Assembly (NCBI GenBank): GCA_018830045.1
Contig: JAHJTF010000020.1
Location: 4,667-68,666, forward strand
Length of the DNA stretch: 64,000 nucleotides
From: Patescibacteria group bacterium
Lineage (GTDB): Bacteria > Patescibacteriota > Microgenomatia > UBA1400 > PJMF01
Reading direction: 5' to 3'
The position numbers were made by a program, and so were the translations under genes. How positions within the stretch are numbered: the first letter of the stretch is position 1; each line of letters begins with the position of its first letter. Below the pieces are notes generated by a model. That model did no database searches. It was not told the origin of the DNA and saw only the letters and a program-made list of their open reading frames with translations. Shown here piece after piece: positions 39,053 through 48,212 of this stretch.

Positions 39053-39057
39053 AGAGC

Positions 39058-39291
39058 TTATTTTAACAGCTTAGTCAGCTGTGATTTCAACCGAGCCGCT
39101 TTATTGGCATGAAAAATATTTCTTTTGACTGCGCGGTCAATAGCTGTTTGGGCTGTATTTAAATTGTCTTGAGTTGATTCAAGACGCATTTTTTTCATCG
39201 CCGTCACCGCCGTCGATTTAACTTGCCGATTGTAATTGGCTTTACGCAAACTTGCTCGAAGAGCCTTTTTCGCATGTGGTAATAATGGCAT
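39058..39291 (-). CDS. rpsT: 30S ribosomal protein S20
   Basis: AKKALR, IDRAVKRNIFHANKAARLKS. Confidence 0.95.
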   Translation of the reverse strand: MPLLPHAKKALRASLRKANYNRQVKSTAVTAMKKMRLESTQDNLNTAQTAIDRAVKRNIFHANKAARLKSQLTKLLK

Positions 39292-39374
39292 AGGGTGTGA
39301 TTGTATCTCAAGAAAGGCTGGTTTTCAACATTTAGTCCTGCAGCTATAGCCAACCCCCTCTATAATAATAGCCA

Positions 39375-41060
39375 ATGATTGCTCAAATAAAAGATTTTTT
39401 TTCTAACTTTACTGGCAATGGTAATTGGCTAGAAAAACAGCAAAATTCGATTTTATCTGCTGCAGCTGTGATTACAGTAGCCAATGTACTCTCATCTCTT
39501 TCTGGTCTAGTTAGAGAAAGATTATTAATCTCTGAATTTTTCTCTACCCCTAGCTCCCAGCAGGCTTATGAAGCTTTTCAAATAGCTTTCCAAATCCCCG
39601 ATATGATGTTCCAACTCATTATTTTAGGTGCGGTCTCAGCGGCATTTATTCCTGTCTTTACTCAATTAAAGCGCGACCACAATGAAGCCACAGCTCTACA
39701 AATGAGCTCTACCACCATGACAATTTTGTTATTGGTTTTCATGCTTGCTTCGGTGGTGGTGGCTTATTTCGCTCATCCTCTAACTGCCTGGAGAACGGGC
39801 CATGAGTTTACCGACACCCAAATCACTATTGCCGCTACTTTGACTCAAATTATGCTCATCGCTCAATTGTTTTTTGCTGTTTCTAATTTTCTGACCGGTA
39901 TGCTCCAGGCTTATCAAAGATTTATTATTCCCGCCATCGCCCCAGTTTTATACAACTTGGGTATCTTAATTGGAGTGTTTCTCTTTTCATCTCAACTGGG
40001 TATCTACTCTGCCGGAGTCGGAGTAATTATTGGGGCCTTTATTCACATGGCAATACAGTTGCCTTTCGCGCTCAAGCTCGGATTTAGGTTTAAACCCTCC
40101 TTATCATTGTCTTTCCCCGGAGTAAAACAATTTTTCTCATTAATGCCAGCACGACTATTAACTATCAGCATGACTGAGCTGCAAAATTTAAGCTTGGGCT
40201 TTTTTGCTACTTCATTAGGCAATCTTAGTTTTGTGGTGATCCGCTTGGCGTTGCGACTGATGACTATTCCAATTCGCTTGTTTGGTGTCCCCATTAGCCA
40301 AGCTTCCTTGCCATTTCTCTCAGCCCAATCCGGGAGTAAAACCTTGGTCAGCTTTACTACTCTAGTGACTAAATCGCTCCACCAAATTGCTTTCTTTGCC
40401 TATCCAGCCTCGGTTTTACTTCTAATTCTCCGCATCCCCTTTGTGAGGTTGATCTTTGGTACTCGCAATTTCCCTTGGGAAACCACTATTATCACCGGAA
40501 AAGTAGTCGCTATCATCTCTATCTCCATTGGCGCTCAAGCCATGGCACAGTTATTGATCAGAGCTTTTCATGCACTTAAAGATACTCGCACCCCATTTTT
40601 TATTACCCTGGCCACCACTACTTTTTATCTACTCTGCAGTTGGTACTTTGTCTTTCACACCCTCTGGGGGGTTATGGGGATTGCAGTTAGCATTGCTTCC
40701 ACGGCTTTTCTTGAGTTAATTTTATGCGTACTACTGCTAAACCATAAATTGCCTGAATTTGCTAAATCAGCCTTATGGATACCGCAAATCAAGATGTTAA
40801 CCGCTAGTTTTTTCATGGCAGTCTTCCTCTATTTACCGTTTAAAATTCTTGATGAGCTAGTTTTTAATACCACCAAAACCGTAGAGTTAATTGGCCTGAC
40901 GGTGACTACGGGCACGATTGGTCTTTTAGTTTATATGTACTTTTCTGCTCTCTTTGAAATAAAAGAGTTGAAGCTTTTTGCTCATTTGATCACTAAATTT
41001 GGTCCCTGGAAAAAATCGCTTGAGAAAACAAAAGAAGTCATTGTGGAAACCAGCGTTTAA
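39375..41060 (+). CDS. murJ: Lipid II flippase MurJ
   Basis: GLVRE, AFQIPD, SAAFIPVF, RAFHALKDTRTP; multi-TM. Confidence 0.93.
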   Translation: MIAQIKDFFSNFTGNGNWLEKQQNSILSAAAVITVANVLSSLSGLVRERLLISEFFSTPSSQQAYEAFQIAFQIPDMMFQLIILGAVSAAFIPVFTQLKRDHNEATALQMSSTTMTILLLVFMLASVVVAYFAHPLTAWRTGHEFTDTQITIAATLTQIMLIAQLFFAVSNFLTGMLQAYQRFIIPAIAPVLYNLGILIGVFLFSSQLGIYSAGVGVIIGAFIHMAIQLPFALKLGFRFKPSLSLSFPGVKQFFSLMPARLLTISMTELQNLSLGFFATSLGNLSFVVIRLALRLMTIPIRLFGVPISQASLPFLSAQSGSKTLVSFTTLVTKSLHQIAFFAYPASVLLLILRIPFVRLIFGTRNFPWETTIITGKVVAIISISIGAQAMAQLLIRAFHALKDTRTPFFITLATTTFYLLCSWYFVFHTLWGVMGIAVSIASTAFLELILCVLLLNHKLPEFAKSALWIPQIKMLTASFFMAVFLYLPFKILDELVFNTTKTVELIGLTVTTGTIGLLVYMYFSALFEIKELKLFAHLITKFGPWKKSLEKTKEVIVETSV

Positions 41061-41141
41061 GGCGACGAAATCTAAGTGGGAACCAGCGTTTAAGGCGACA
41101 AAATCTAAGTGGGAACCAGCGTTTAAGGCGACAAAATCTAA
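41043..41141. repeat. 33-bp x3 tandem repeat spanning the murJ stop
   Basis: GTGG(A/G)AACCAGCGTTTAAGGCGAC(G/A)AAATCTAA at 41043, 41076, 41109; no spacers. Confidence 0.95.
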
Positions 41142-41179
41142 CACAATGAAAGCTAGCCAGTTCTGCTAAAATAGATCTG

Positions 41180-41758
41180 ATGTCATTCCTGCCCTTTTTT
41201 AAAAATCAGCATCACGCTGAGATTAATATCAATCTTATTCCTAAAGACCCGTTTTTTGAGACTATCATAGGCAAGACCTTGCGTTGGGCGCTATCTGTGG
41301 GTCGTTACATTGTAATTTTCACAGAGTTAATGGTTATTTTAAGCTTTGTATCCAGATTTACCCTGGACAGACAATTAACTAATCTCAATGATGGGATTCA
41401 CCAAAAAGAGATGGTGATTAAATCTTACGGTGATTTAGAAGAAAAAGTCCGTTTAGTTCAAACCAAAACAGATCAATACCAACAAATAGAACAGCAGGCT
41501 AACATCAGTGATATTTTCCCTGCTCTAACTAAAATTACTCCCAAGAGTATCGAGCTCAGTGAACTCACCATTAAACCCACTAAAATTGCCATGTCAGGGA
41601 GAGCCTTATCGCAACAATCATTAAATATTTTGATTAATAATTTTCAACTCTCTAGTAATTTTTTTAATGTCTCTATTGATCGCATCGAGGCTGGTGATGC
41701 TCAAAAACCAGGCTTTAGTTTTTTAATTAGTGCGCAGACCAAAGAACTAAAACAATAA
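41180..41758 (+). CDS. pilN: PilN-like type IV pilus assembly protein
   Basis: INLIP motif, TM, coiled coil, L.KITPKSI.L..L, SGRA. Confidence 0.75.
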   Translation: MSFLPFFKNQHHAEININLIPKDPFFETIIGKTLRWALSVGRYIVIFTELMVILSFVSRFTLDRQLTNLNDGIHQKEMVIKSYGDLEEKVRLVQTKTDQYQQIEQQANISDIFPALTKITPKSIELSELTIKPTKIAMSGRALSQQSLNILINNFQLSSNFFNVSIDRIEAGDAQKPGFSFLISAQTKELKQ

Positions 41759-41788
41759 CTAGATACATGAAATAATTAAACTTAACTT

Positions 41789-42496
41789 ATGCAAACAAAA
41801 AAACAGCGTGATTTAATCGAAGCCTTGCAGAAATTCTATCAACGCCCGGTGGCTAAGGTTTCACTGGAATTATTTTTTTCAATCGCTGCCGTTTTATTTT
41901 TTGCTATCTTTGCTATTAAACCCACCCTATTAACTATGTCTGATTTATTAAAAGAAATCGAAGACAAGAAAAAACTCGACCAACAATTTTCACAAAAAAT
42001 TGCTGCCCTGTCTAGCATACAACCCACTTACCTCCAGTTGCAAAACCGGCTAGTTATCATAGACGAGGCTATTCCTGGTACGCCTCAGTTGGTTTATTCA
42101 TTAAAAATTATTGAAAAAATTGCCAGTGAGATTGGTTTAGTCATCAATAGTATTAATGTAGCTGAAATTCCGGACGAGATTAAAACAAGTTCTGACACAA
42201 TTCCGGACGAGATTAAAACAAATTCTGCTGAAATTCCGGGCGAAGTTAAAACCAATGTTGGCAAAACTCCACTCACTACTTTGGAAAGAATCGATGTGCC
42301 AGTCGCCCTAAGCGTACAGGGAGATTACCCAATTATTCGACAGTTTATTGAAAATCTGAAAAATTATCGACGTAGCTTTGTGATCGATACCGTCGTGTTT
42401 ACCTCTAAAGAAATACGGGGAAACAGAAAACTCGAAGCCAGGATTACTATTAGTATGCCTTATTTTGGATTTAATAACTCAAACAAAAAACTATGA
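41789..42496 (+). CDS. pilO: PilO-like type IV pilus assembly protein
   Basis: TM, coiled coil, AIP, GDYP.IRQFIENL...RR; follows pilN. Confidence 0.75.
   Translation: MQTKKQRDLIEALQKFYQRPVAKVSLELFFSIAAVLFFAIFAIKPTLLTMSDLLKEIEDKKKLDQQFSQKIAALSSIQPTYLQLQNRLVIIDEAIPGTPQLVYSLKIIEKIASEIGLVINSINVAEIPDEIKTSSDTIPDEIKTNSAEIPGEVKTNVGKTPLTTLERIDVPVALSVQGDYPIIRQFIENLKNYRRSFVIDTVVFTSKEIRGNRKLEARITISMPYFGFNNSNKKL
42161..42256 (+). repeat. 33-bp x3 in-frame repeat in pilO
   Basis: IPDEIKTSSDT-IPDEIKTNSAE-IPGEVKTN. Confidence 0.85.
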
Positions 42497-42948
42497 ATAT
42501 CTTCAAACAAAAACTAGAAGGTTTTAGGCATCATCAGCAAATAATGACCATTTTAGTCTTTACTTTAGTAGCGGTGATTCTCTGGGTGGCAGCCAGTCTG
42601 TTTAGCTCTCAACGGCGCCTGGGGATAAGCCCAGAACAACTCAAGCTATCAAAACCCCTGACTCCAGTAATAAATACAGATGTTTTGCTTAATTTAGAGC
42701 AAAAACAATCTTTTTCAAATGAAGAATTACGTAAATTCCCCATCTATATGCTTATCAAAGACCAACAGCAAATTGAGCACATTGTGGAAATAGGAACCAA
42801 GCTTGAACCTCTACCTTCCCCTAATCAAAATTCAAAATCTTTACCTAGCCCATCGCCCGCAGTTACCCCTGATCCATCGCCCGCAGCTACCCCTGATCCA
42901 TCACCCGTGGCTACCCCGAGTGCTGAAACTAATGTTCCTATAGAATAA
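42493..42948 (+). CDS. Membrane-anchored protein with PSPAxTPD repeats (PilP position)
   Basis: TM, PL.P.IN..VL..L motif, 24-bp repeats at ~42850-42918. Confidence 0.6.
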   Translation: MNIFKQKLEGFRHHQQIMTILVFTLVAVILWVAASLFSSQRRLGISPEQLKLSKPLTPVINTDVLLNLEQKQSFSNEELRKFPIYMLIKDQQQIEHIVEIGTKLEPLPSPNQNSKSLPSPSPAVTPDPSPAATPDPSPVATPSAETNVPIE

Positions 42949-43036
42949 AATTGATATTCGGTTCTTCTTCGCATTGCCAACTTTCTTAGATTTCTCTAGA
43001 GTAGAGATATAGTGCAAAACTAGCTGTGTGTTTTTT

Positions 43037-44641
43037 ATGCCTGAAAAAAATCCCAATAAAAAATCCTTCATGCAGAAGCGGATTCCTACTCTAGTGGGTC
43101 TAGTTGTTCTAATCATTGCCTTAATAGCAGGGACTGTTTTATTTGGCCAAGGGACAGGTGTTTTCGCTCCTAGAGCCACACCCCAAACTACACCTAAAAA
43201 AATTCGCATCTCTAATGTAACTGACTCAGGTTTTACAGTTTCATTTTTAACTGATGAAAAAACAGTCGGTCATATTAAATATGGGACTGATCCTAAAAAA
43301 ATCGACTCGCAAGCTAGTGATGATCGAGACCAACTCTCCGGAGCAGTCAACAAATATAATACTCATCATATTTCTGTGAGAGGCCTAGAGCCAAATACAG
43401 CCTTTTACTACACCTTAGGAACTGGGTCGGGCGGATTTGATAATAATGGCCAACCATTTTCTACTAAAACAACTCAACGAACGGGTGTGCCTTCTGCGGC
43501 TAAAACGATTTATGGGAGTGTGGTCAGTCCAGAAGGTAGTCCAGCTGATGGCGCCATTGTTTATGTCAAAGCTCAAAGCGTGGGTGAAATGTCTTCTTTA
43601 GTCAAAAGCTCAGGGAGTTGGGCAATTCCGCTTTCTAATGCTCGCTTGGCTGATGGTTCAGCCTATGCTCAAATTCAAGATTCAGATATTTTGACCATCT
43701 TTATCCAAGGTTTAACTATCTCCTTAGCATCAGAAGTAAATGTTGCCGTAACCGATGCTCAGCCTGTAGCTAATATTACTTTAGGTCAATCGCAAAACCT
43801 AGCCTCAACACCTGCTCAATTAGCTCAAGCGCCTGCTCAAGAGGAAAATCCTCCTGATACCATGCCAACAACAAATGAGATTACCACCATAGCACCAGAA
43901 AACGCCCCGGCCTCAACCACAAGTGGTGGATTATCAGACTTGGTCAAAAATGATGCTTCAGCATCGGCAACCAGTTCGGCAACAGCAACCAGCTCGGCAA
44001 CAGCAACCAGCTCGGCAACAGCAACCAGTTCGGCAACAGCAACCAGTTCGGCAACAATCTCAACAATACTTGACTTAACTCAAAGTACAACTGCCACAAT
44101 GTCAGTGACTGTTAATACTGCTCAACCTAAAATTATCGGTAAAGCCGCCCCCAATGTCACCATTAGCATCCAAGTTCATTCTGACACCAACATTGATCAA
44201 TATATTGTGGCTGATAGTGAGGGTAATTTTGAATTAGACATCTCTAAACTGGAACAAAAATTAGAGCCAGGCGAACACACTGTGACCTATAGCTGGCAAG
44301 ACCCAAGCACTGGTAAAACCGTCACTAAAACTCAAACTTTCTATGTCTTGGATACCAGCAATCAATTAGCTCTAGCTGACACTAATGTGAGTAAAAACCA
44401 ATACCCATACAGCTCTTCCAACCCCTACCCTCTAGATGCTTCTAAGTCAGCAGAAGCTACCAAATCTGGAACCGCCACTGATTCAGGACAAGTTGCTATG
44501 CCCTCCACTAAAAGTGCAGTACCGCTATCTGGTTCTGTGGGTACTACCTATGCTCTCATTTTGGGTGGACTATTCTTTATTTTAGCCGGTGCATGGAGTT
44601 GGTGGATTGCGAGTAACCTAGAAGAAGAGATGACTGTATAA
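43037..44641 (+). CDS. Surface protein with FN3-like and Ig-like domains, Ser/Thr linker and C-terminal PxSG+TM
   Basis: ISNVTDSGFTVSF, HHISVRGLEPNTAFYY, (SATATS)x5, VPLSG then TM. Confidence 0.75.
   Translation: MPEKNPNKKSFMQKRIPTLVGLVVLIIALIAGTVLFGQGTGVFAPRATPQTTPKKIRISNVTDSGFTVSFLTDEKTVGHIKYGTDPKKIDSQASDDRDQLSGAVNKYNTHHISVRGLEPNTAFYYTLGTGSGGFDNNGQPFSTKTTQRTGVPSAAKTIYGSVVSPEGSPADGAIVYVKAQSVGEMSSLVKSSGSWAIPLSNARLADGSAYAQIQDSDILTIFIQGLTISLASEVNVAVTDAQPVANITLGQSQNLASTPAQLAQAPAQEENPPDTMPTTNEITTIAPENAPASTTSGGLSDLVKNDASASATSSATATSSATATSSATATSSATATSSATISTILDLTQSTTATMSVTVNTAQPKIIGKAAPNVTISIQVHSDTNIDQYIVADSEGNFELDISKLEQKLEPGEHTVTYSWQDPSTGKTVTKTQTFYVLDTSNQLALADTNVSKNQYPYSSSNPYPLDASKSAEATKSGTATDSGQVAMPSTKSAVPLSGSVGTTYALILGGLFFILAGAWSWWIASNLEEEMTV
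43958..44056 (+). repeat. 18-bp in-frame repeat (SATATS)
   Basis: TCGGCAACAGCAACCAGY repeated ~5 times. Confidence 0.9.
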
Positions 44642-44653
44642 TAGGCTCCTTGT

Positions 44654-45262
44654 ATGGAGATTCATCCTTATTATTATTCGTTGGAAAAACGTCTTTTTGA
44701 TGTAGTTCTAGCTATTTTTGTATTAATAATTTTATTCCCTATTCTATTAATGATTACCCTTTTAATCATGATCGGGATGGGATGGCCAGTGTTTTACCTG
44801 CAAAAAAGAGTAGGGAAAGATAAAAAAATTTTTGAGATGATTAAATTTCGCACCATGTATGTTGGTGCGCAAAAAAATCAATGGCGGTATCGCCAACACA
44901 ATCAGGCCCCAGAGCCAATGTATAAAAATTGGGACGACCCACGTTTTGTGAGCATAGGTAGATGGTTAGCAAAAACTGGCTTGGATGAACTTCCTCAACT
45001 CATTAACATTTTAAAAGGAGAGATGAGTTTTATAGGGCCAAGACCCCTACCAATACAAGAAGTTGGAAAACTAGATAAAACCTGGAATTTCAGGTATCTA
45101 GTCAGACAAGGAGTGTTTTCAGAATGGAGTACGTCTTTAAAAAAATACCTAACTCTCGAAGATTGGAAAAAACTAGAAGAAAAAACCCTCAGAAGAGGTG
45201 GGTTGGGGTATGAGGTTAAAACAATTGTCGCTACCTTTAAAACTTTATTACTAAAAATATAA
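44654..45262 (+). CDS. Polyprenyl-phosphate sugar phosphotransferase (Bac_transf family)
   Basis: KRLFD, KFRTM, DDPR, LDELPQLINILKGEMSFIGPRP. Confidence 0.93.
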   Translation: MEIHPYYYSLEKRLFDVVLAIFVLIILFPILLMITLLIMIGMGWPVFYLQKRVGKDKKIFEMIKFRTMYVGAQKNQWRYRQHNQAPEPMYKNWDDPRFVSIGRWLAKTGLDELPQLINILKGEMSFIGPRPLPIQEVGKLDKTWNFRYLVRQGVFSEWSTSLKKYLTLEDWKKLEEKTLRRGGLGYEVKTIVATFKTLLLKI

Positions 45263-45265
45263 TCC

Positions 45266-47998
45266 TCATTGGAACAAATGCTCCCAGTCCTCTCTTGGAA
45301 GAATTTGTTCCATTATTCGAGTAACTACTTCGGCTTTTTCCAAAAGATCATTTTCTAATAAGTTCTGAACTACTGATTGCAAATAAACAATCAATTCCAT
45401 CCTGGGTTCATAGGCAATAGCTGGTATTTGATTAGTAAGCAGGGAGTATTTAAAAGCCCGATCGTAATTCTGTTCACTTATTAGTTTTTTAATTAAAGTC
45501 ACAAAAACTTGAGTGCGCTCCTCTGTTTTCCAACCAATTTTTTCCCATGACCAATCAAAAGTAGCATCAATATAAACAGTTAAATTAACTGTAGATATCT
45601 TATTTTGATCAATTACCTCAAACCACTGCGGTTCTTCATTTAAAATCCAGGGAACTAGTTCTTGCGCCAGCTGATAACTCTGGATGGTCTTTGGCATCTC
45701 AGTTATCGCCAAATGGTTGCCTACCTCAACTAAGTACTGAGCTGTTTTCAGCTGGGGGTTGAAGTGAAGCGAAAACTCACTCTTATCAGACAAAAACTGC
45801 CAGACTTTGAAAATAGCTTCCAGATTCTCAAAAGCTTGACTATACTCATTTCGTTCTAAATTAATTTGAACTTGAGCTAAGGCCGTTTGGGAGAGAGTTT
45901 CCCAAATATCTCTACTCCGCCAATCGGTTAACTCAGCCAACCACTTTGCGTAGTGGGGAAATTTTAATAATTCGTCCTTTGATTTTACTGCGACCAAGGC
46001 ATTTAGGAAAGCTTGTGAATACACTTCGCGATATTGACCAAAGTATTCGCCGGGAATCTCCGCAAGAGAAACAAAAAAAACTATTTCCTGATCGGGAGAT
46101 AGATGATGCTGTAAAAATATGGGTGGATGCTTGTGTAAAATCCACTCATCTTCAAATCGAGCCCGGGCATACCACTTGGCTGTTTCTGCCGGTTGATTAG
46201 CCTGATAAAACAAATCGGCTAGCTTTAGCATTTGCTGTGTTAATTCAATTTTCTTGTTATAGCTAATCTTATAAAATCCTGATTTTTCTATCTGTCGCCA
46301 AACTGCCAAGGTTTTATTAATTTGCACAACAGCCTGCTCTAACTCTGCTTTCTCTAGGTAATAGCTAACTACATCTTGAGTCGCTCTATTCCCCGGTTGT
46401 AACTCTAACCAGTTTTCTCTTAAACGCTGCTGAATATTTTGGTCACTAATGGAACTAATATATGATTGGTAGATATCTGGATGATATTGATAGATTTGAA
46501 AAAATTTTTCTTTTTGCTGGTCTAATATAGTAGGTGACATTTCATATATTTTACGATGCCAATGAAAATAAGGAAAAATATTAAAAGCTTGGCCAACTTT
46601 ACCATTAGCTATGAATGACTCAATAATCAAATAAATTACTGCCAAACTGATTAGCAGCAGTAATGCTCCGTAATAAGTAGCTTTGAACAAAAGCTCTATA
46701 ATTTTATCATTTCTTTTTAAAATCAATGGAAAAAAATTTTCTGACCTAATAACAAGAGCAGCTAAAATCATAGTTAATGCCAATAAACCAGTAAAACTCC
46801 AATCAAAGTCAAAAATAACATTTAAATAAATGCCTATTAAACTAAGGGCGATTGCTTTTTGCCAAGTCAGCTTTTTTTTATCTGATTTGAAAGCTAAATG
46901 AATGACTTTAATTAATAAAACTCCCATTAATAAAAGAAATCCACTTCCACCGACCACTCCTAACTCAGCAAACATTTGTAAATAAGCATTATGTGCATAG
47001 CTAGTTGCTTCTAGTGGCATAATTTGATATTTTTTAGATGTTATTCCAAACGTTCCAGGGCCTGCTCCCAGCAACGGAAACTCTTTCGCAACCATGAAAG
47101 CCTGATGCCAGTACCAGAGCCGCACTTCTGTCCCCAAAGATTTACATAGTTGTTTCTTAAACAGTGGCGTCGGACAAAAAAAGTTATCTTTAATAATCGG
47201 GGTAATTGAAAAAAATATTTGGGTAGCGAAAGTCAACAAAAAAAGACTTACTAAAATTAGTAAAACTTTTTTAATTAAAGAATCTAACGGTTTTTTGTGT
47301 TGGAAAAAAATTAATATTAAAAAAATTAATTGCAGAAATCCAATTGAAACTGCTGTCCGACCAAAACTTAATAATAACGATAAACTGAAGATAACTGTCA
47401 AGGCCAATCGTCCATAATTATGCGAAGAATTAGAATTTTTATCTAAAGCCCACCACCAACTCAAAGGAATTACTAGTAATAAAAGTGCTGCTAGGTGATT
47501 ATGACCATAGGTAGCATGCAATAAATTCATTCCCGGTAACATCTCGGCCCAACTAGGAATTAAGAAAAAGCCAACACTAATAATTGTTGCCACTATGCCC
47601 AACAGTAGCAAGGTGCTAATTATCAGTTGAGGGAAAATTAATTTTTCATGCAAAACCACAAACCAAAACACCACAAATACCATCAGCCAACTGCTAGTGG
47701 CATCAAAAGTTAGGGGCCAGCTAATAGTTGAAATAGCTGCTAAGCCAAAAAACACCAAAAAACAAAACCAACTGACTGCAACTAGACGATAATGATGTAA
47801 TTTGGACCACTGTATTCTTCGACTGTAAAGCAATAAGAACAAACTCATCACACCCGATACCAAGTAACTCAAGTATGATTGACTCAATAATAATAAAAAT
47901 AATAAAGAACACAACCAACCAAGTATAAAAATTAAATATCGATTATCTTGTCTCACATATATATGATAACATTTATCAAGATGCTGATTTTCCAACAA
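45266..47998 (-). CDS. O-antigen-ligase-family protein with C-terminal helical-repeat (TPR-like) region
   Basis: N.LAA, SFGR, R..YW, GAGPGTF, AHNAYLQMFAELG; start uncertain. Confidence 0.8.
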   Translation of the reverse strand: MLENQHLDKCYHIYVRQDNRYLIFILGWLCSLLFLLLLSQSYLSYLVSGVMSLFLLLYSRRIQWSKLHHYRLVAVSWFCFLVFFGLAAISTISWPLTFDATSSWLMVFVVFWFVVLHEKLIFPQLIISTLLLLGIVATIISVGFFLIPSWAEMLPGMNLLHATYGHNHLAALLLLVIPLSWWWALDKNSNSSHNYGRLALTVIFSLSLLLSFGRTAVSIGFLQLIFLILIFFQHKKPLDSLIKKVLLILVSLFLLTFATQIFFSITPIIKDNFFCPTPLFKKQLCKSLGTEVRLWYWHQAFMVAKEFPLLGAGPGTFGITSKKYQIMPLEATSYAHNAYLQMFAELGVVGGSGFLLLMGVLLIKVIHLAFKSDKKKLTWQKAIALSLIGIYLNVIFDFDWSFTGLLALTMILAALVIRSENFFPLILKRNDKIIELLFKATYYGALLLLISLAVIYLIIESFIANGKVGQAFNIFPYFHWHRKIYEMSPTILDQQKEKFFQIYQYHPDIYQSYISSISDQNIQQRLRENWLELQPGNRATQDVVSYYLEKAELEQAVVQINKTLAVWRQIEKSGFYKISYNKKIELTQQMLKLADLFYQANQPAETAKWYARARFEDEWILHKHPPIFLQHHLSPDQEIVFFVSLAEIPGEYFGQYREVYSQAFLNALVAVKSKDELLKFPHYAKWLAELTDWRSRDIWETLSQTALAQVQINLERNEYSQAFENLEAIFKVWQFLSDKSEFSLHFNPQLKTAQYLVEVGNHLAITEMPKTIQSYQLAQELVPWILNEEPQWFEVIDQNKISTVNLTVYIDATFDWSWEKIGWKTEERTQVFVTLIKKLISEQNYDRAFKYSLLTNQIPAIAYEPRMELIVYLQSVVQNLLENDLLEKAEVVTRIMEQILPREDWEHLFQ

Positions 47999-48202
47999 TT
48001 TAATAAATTTAAAGATAAAATTCAGGATACGTTTCTACAAATTTTATCAGTGTTTAGTTTAGCCGTGACTTATTTGTTGGGAGTGGGATTGACTCGCTTA
48101 ATATCAGTATTTGTTGATAAAAAATTTTTGCCCCCTGCTTCCACGAGCTCTCAGTGGCAGACAACAAAGTACTCAGATAAAGTTAATAATAGTTTATACT
48201 AA
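47981..48202 (+). CDS. Small membrane protein (SxtJ-like)
   Basis: IL......Y..GVGLTRLI helix directly upstream of the carbamoyltransferase. Confidence 0.5.
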   Translation: MLIFQQFNKFKDKIQDTFLQILSVFSLAVTYLLGVGLTRLISVFVDKKFLPPASTSSQWQTTKYSDKVNNSLY

Positions 48203-48212
48203 AACAATTTCT

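Noticed and set aside
41043-41141. Possible CRISPR array
   Set aside because: The units are contiguous with no spacers and there are no cas genes; this is a simple tandem repeat. The 40926-41144 ORF is a by-product of it.
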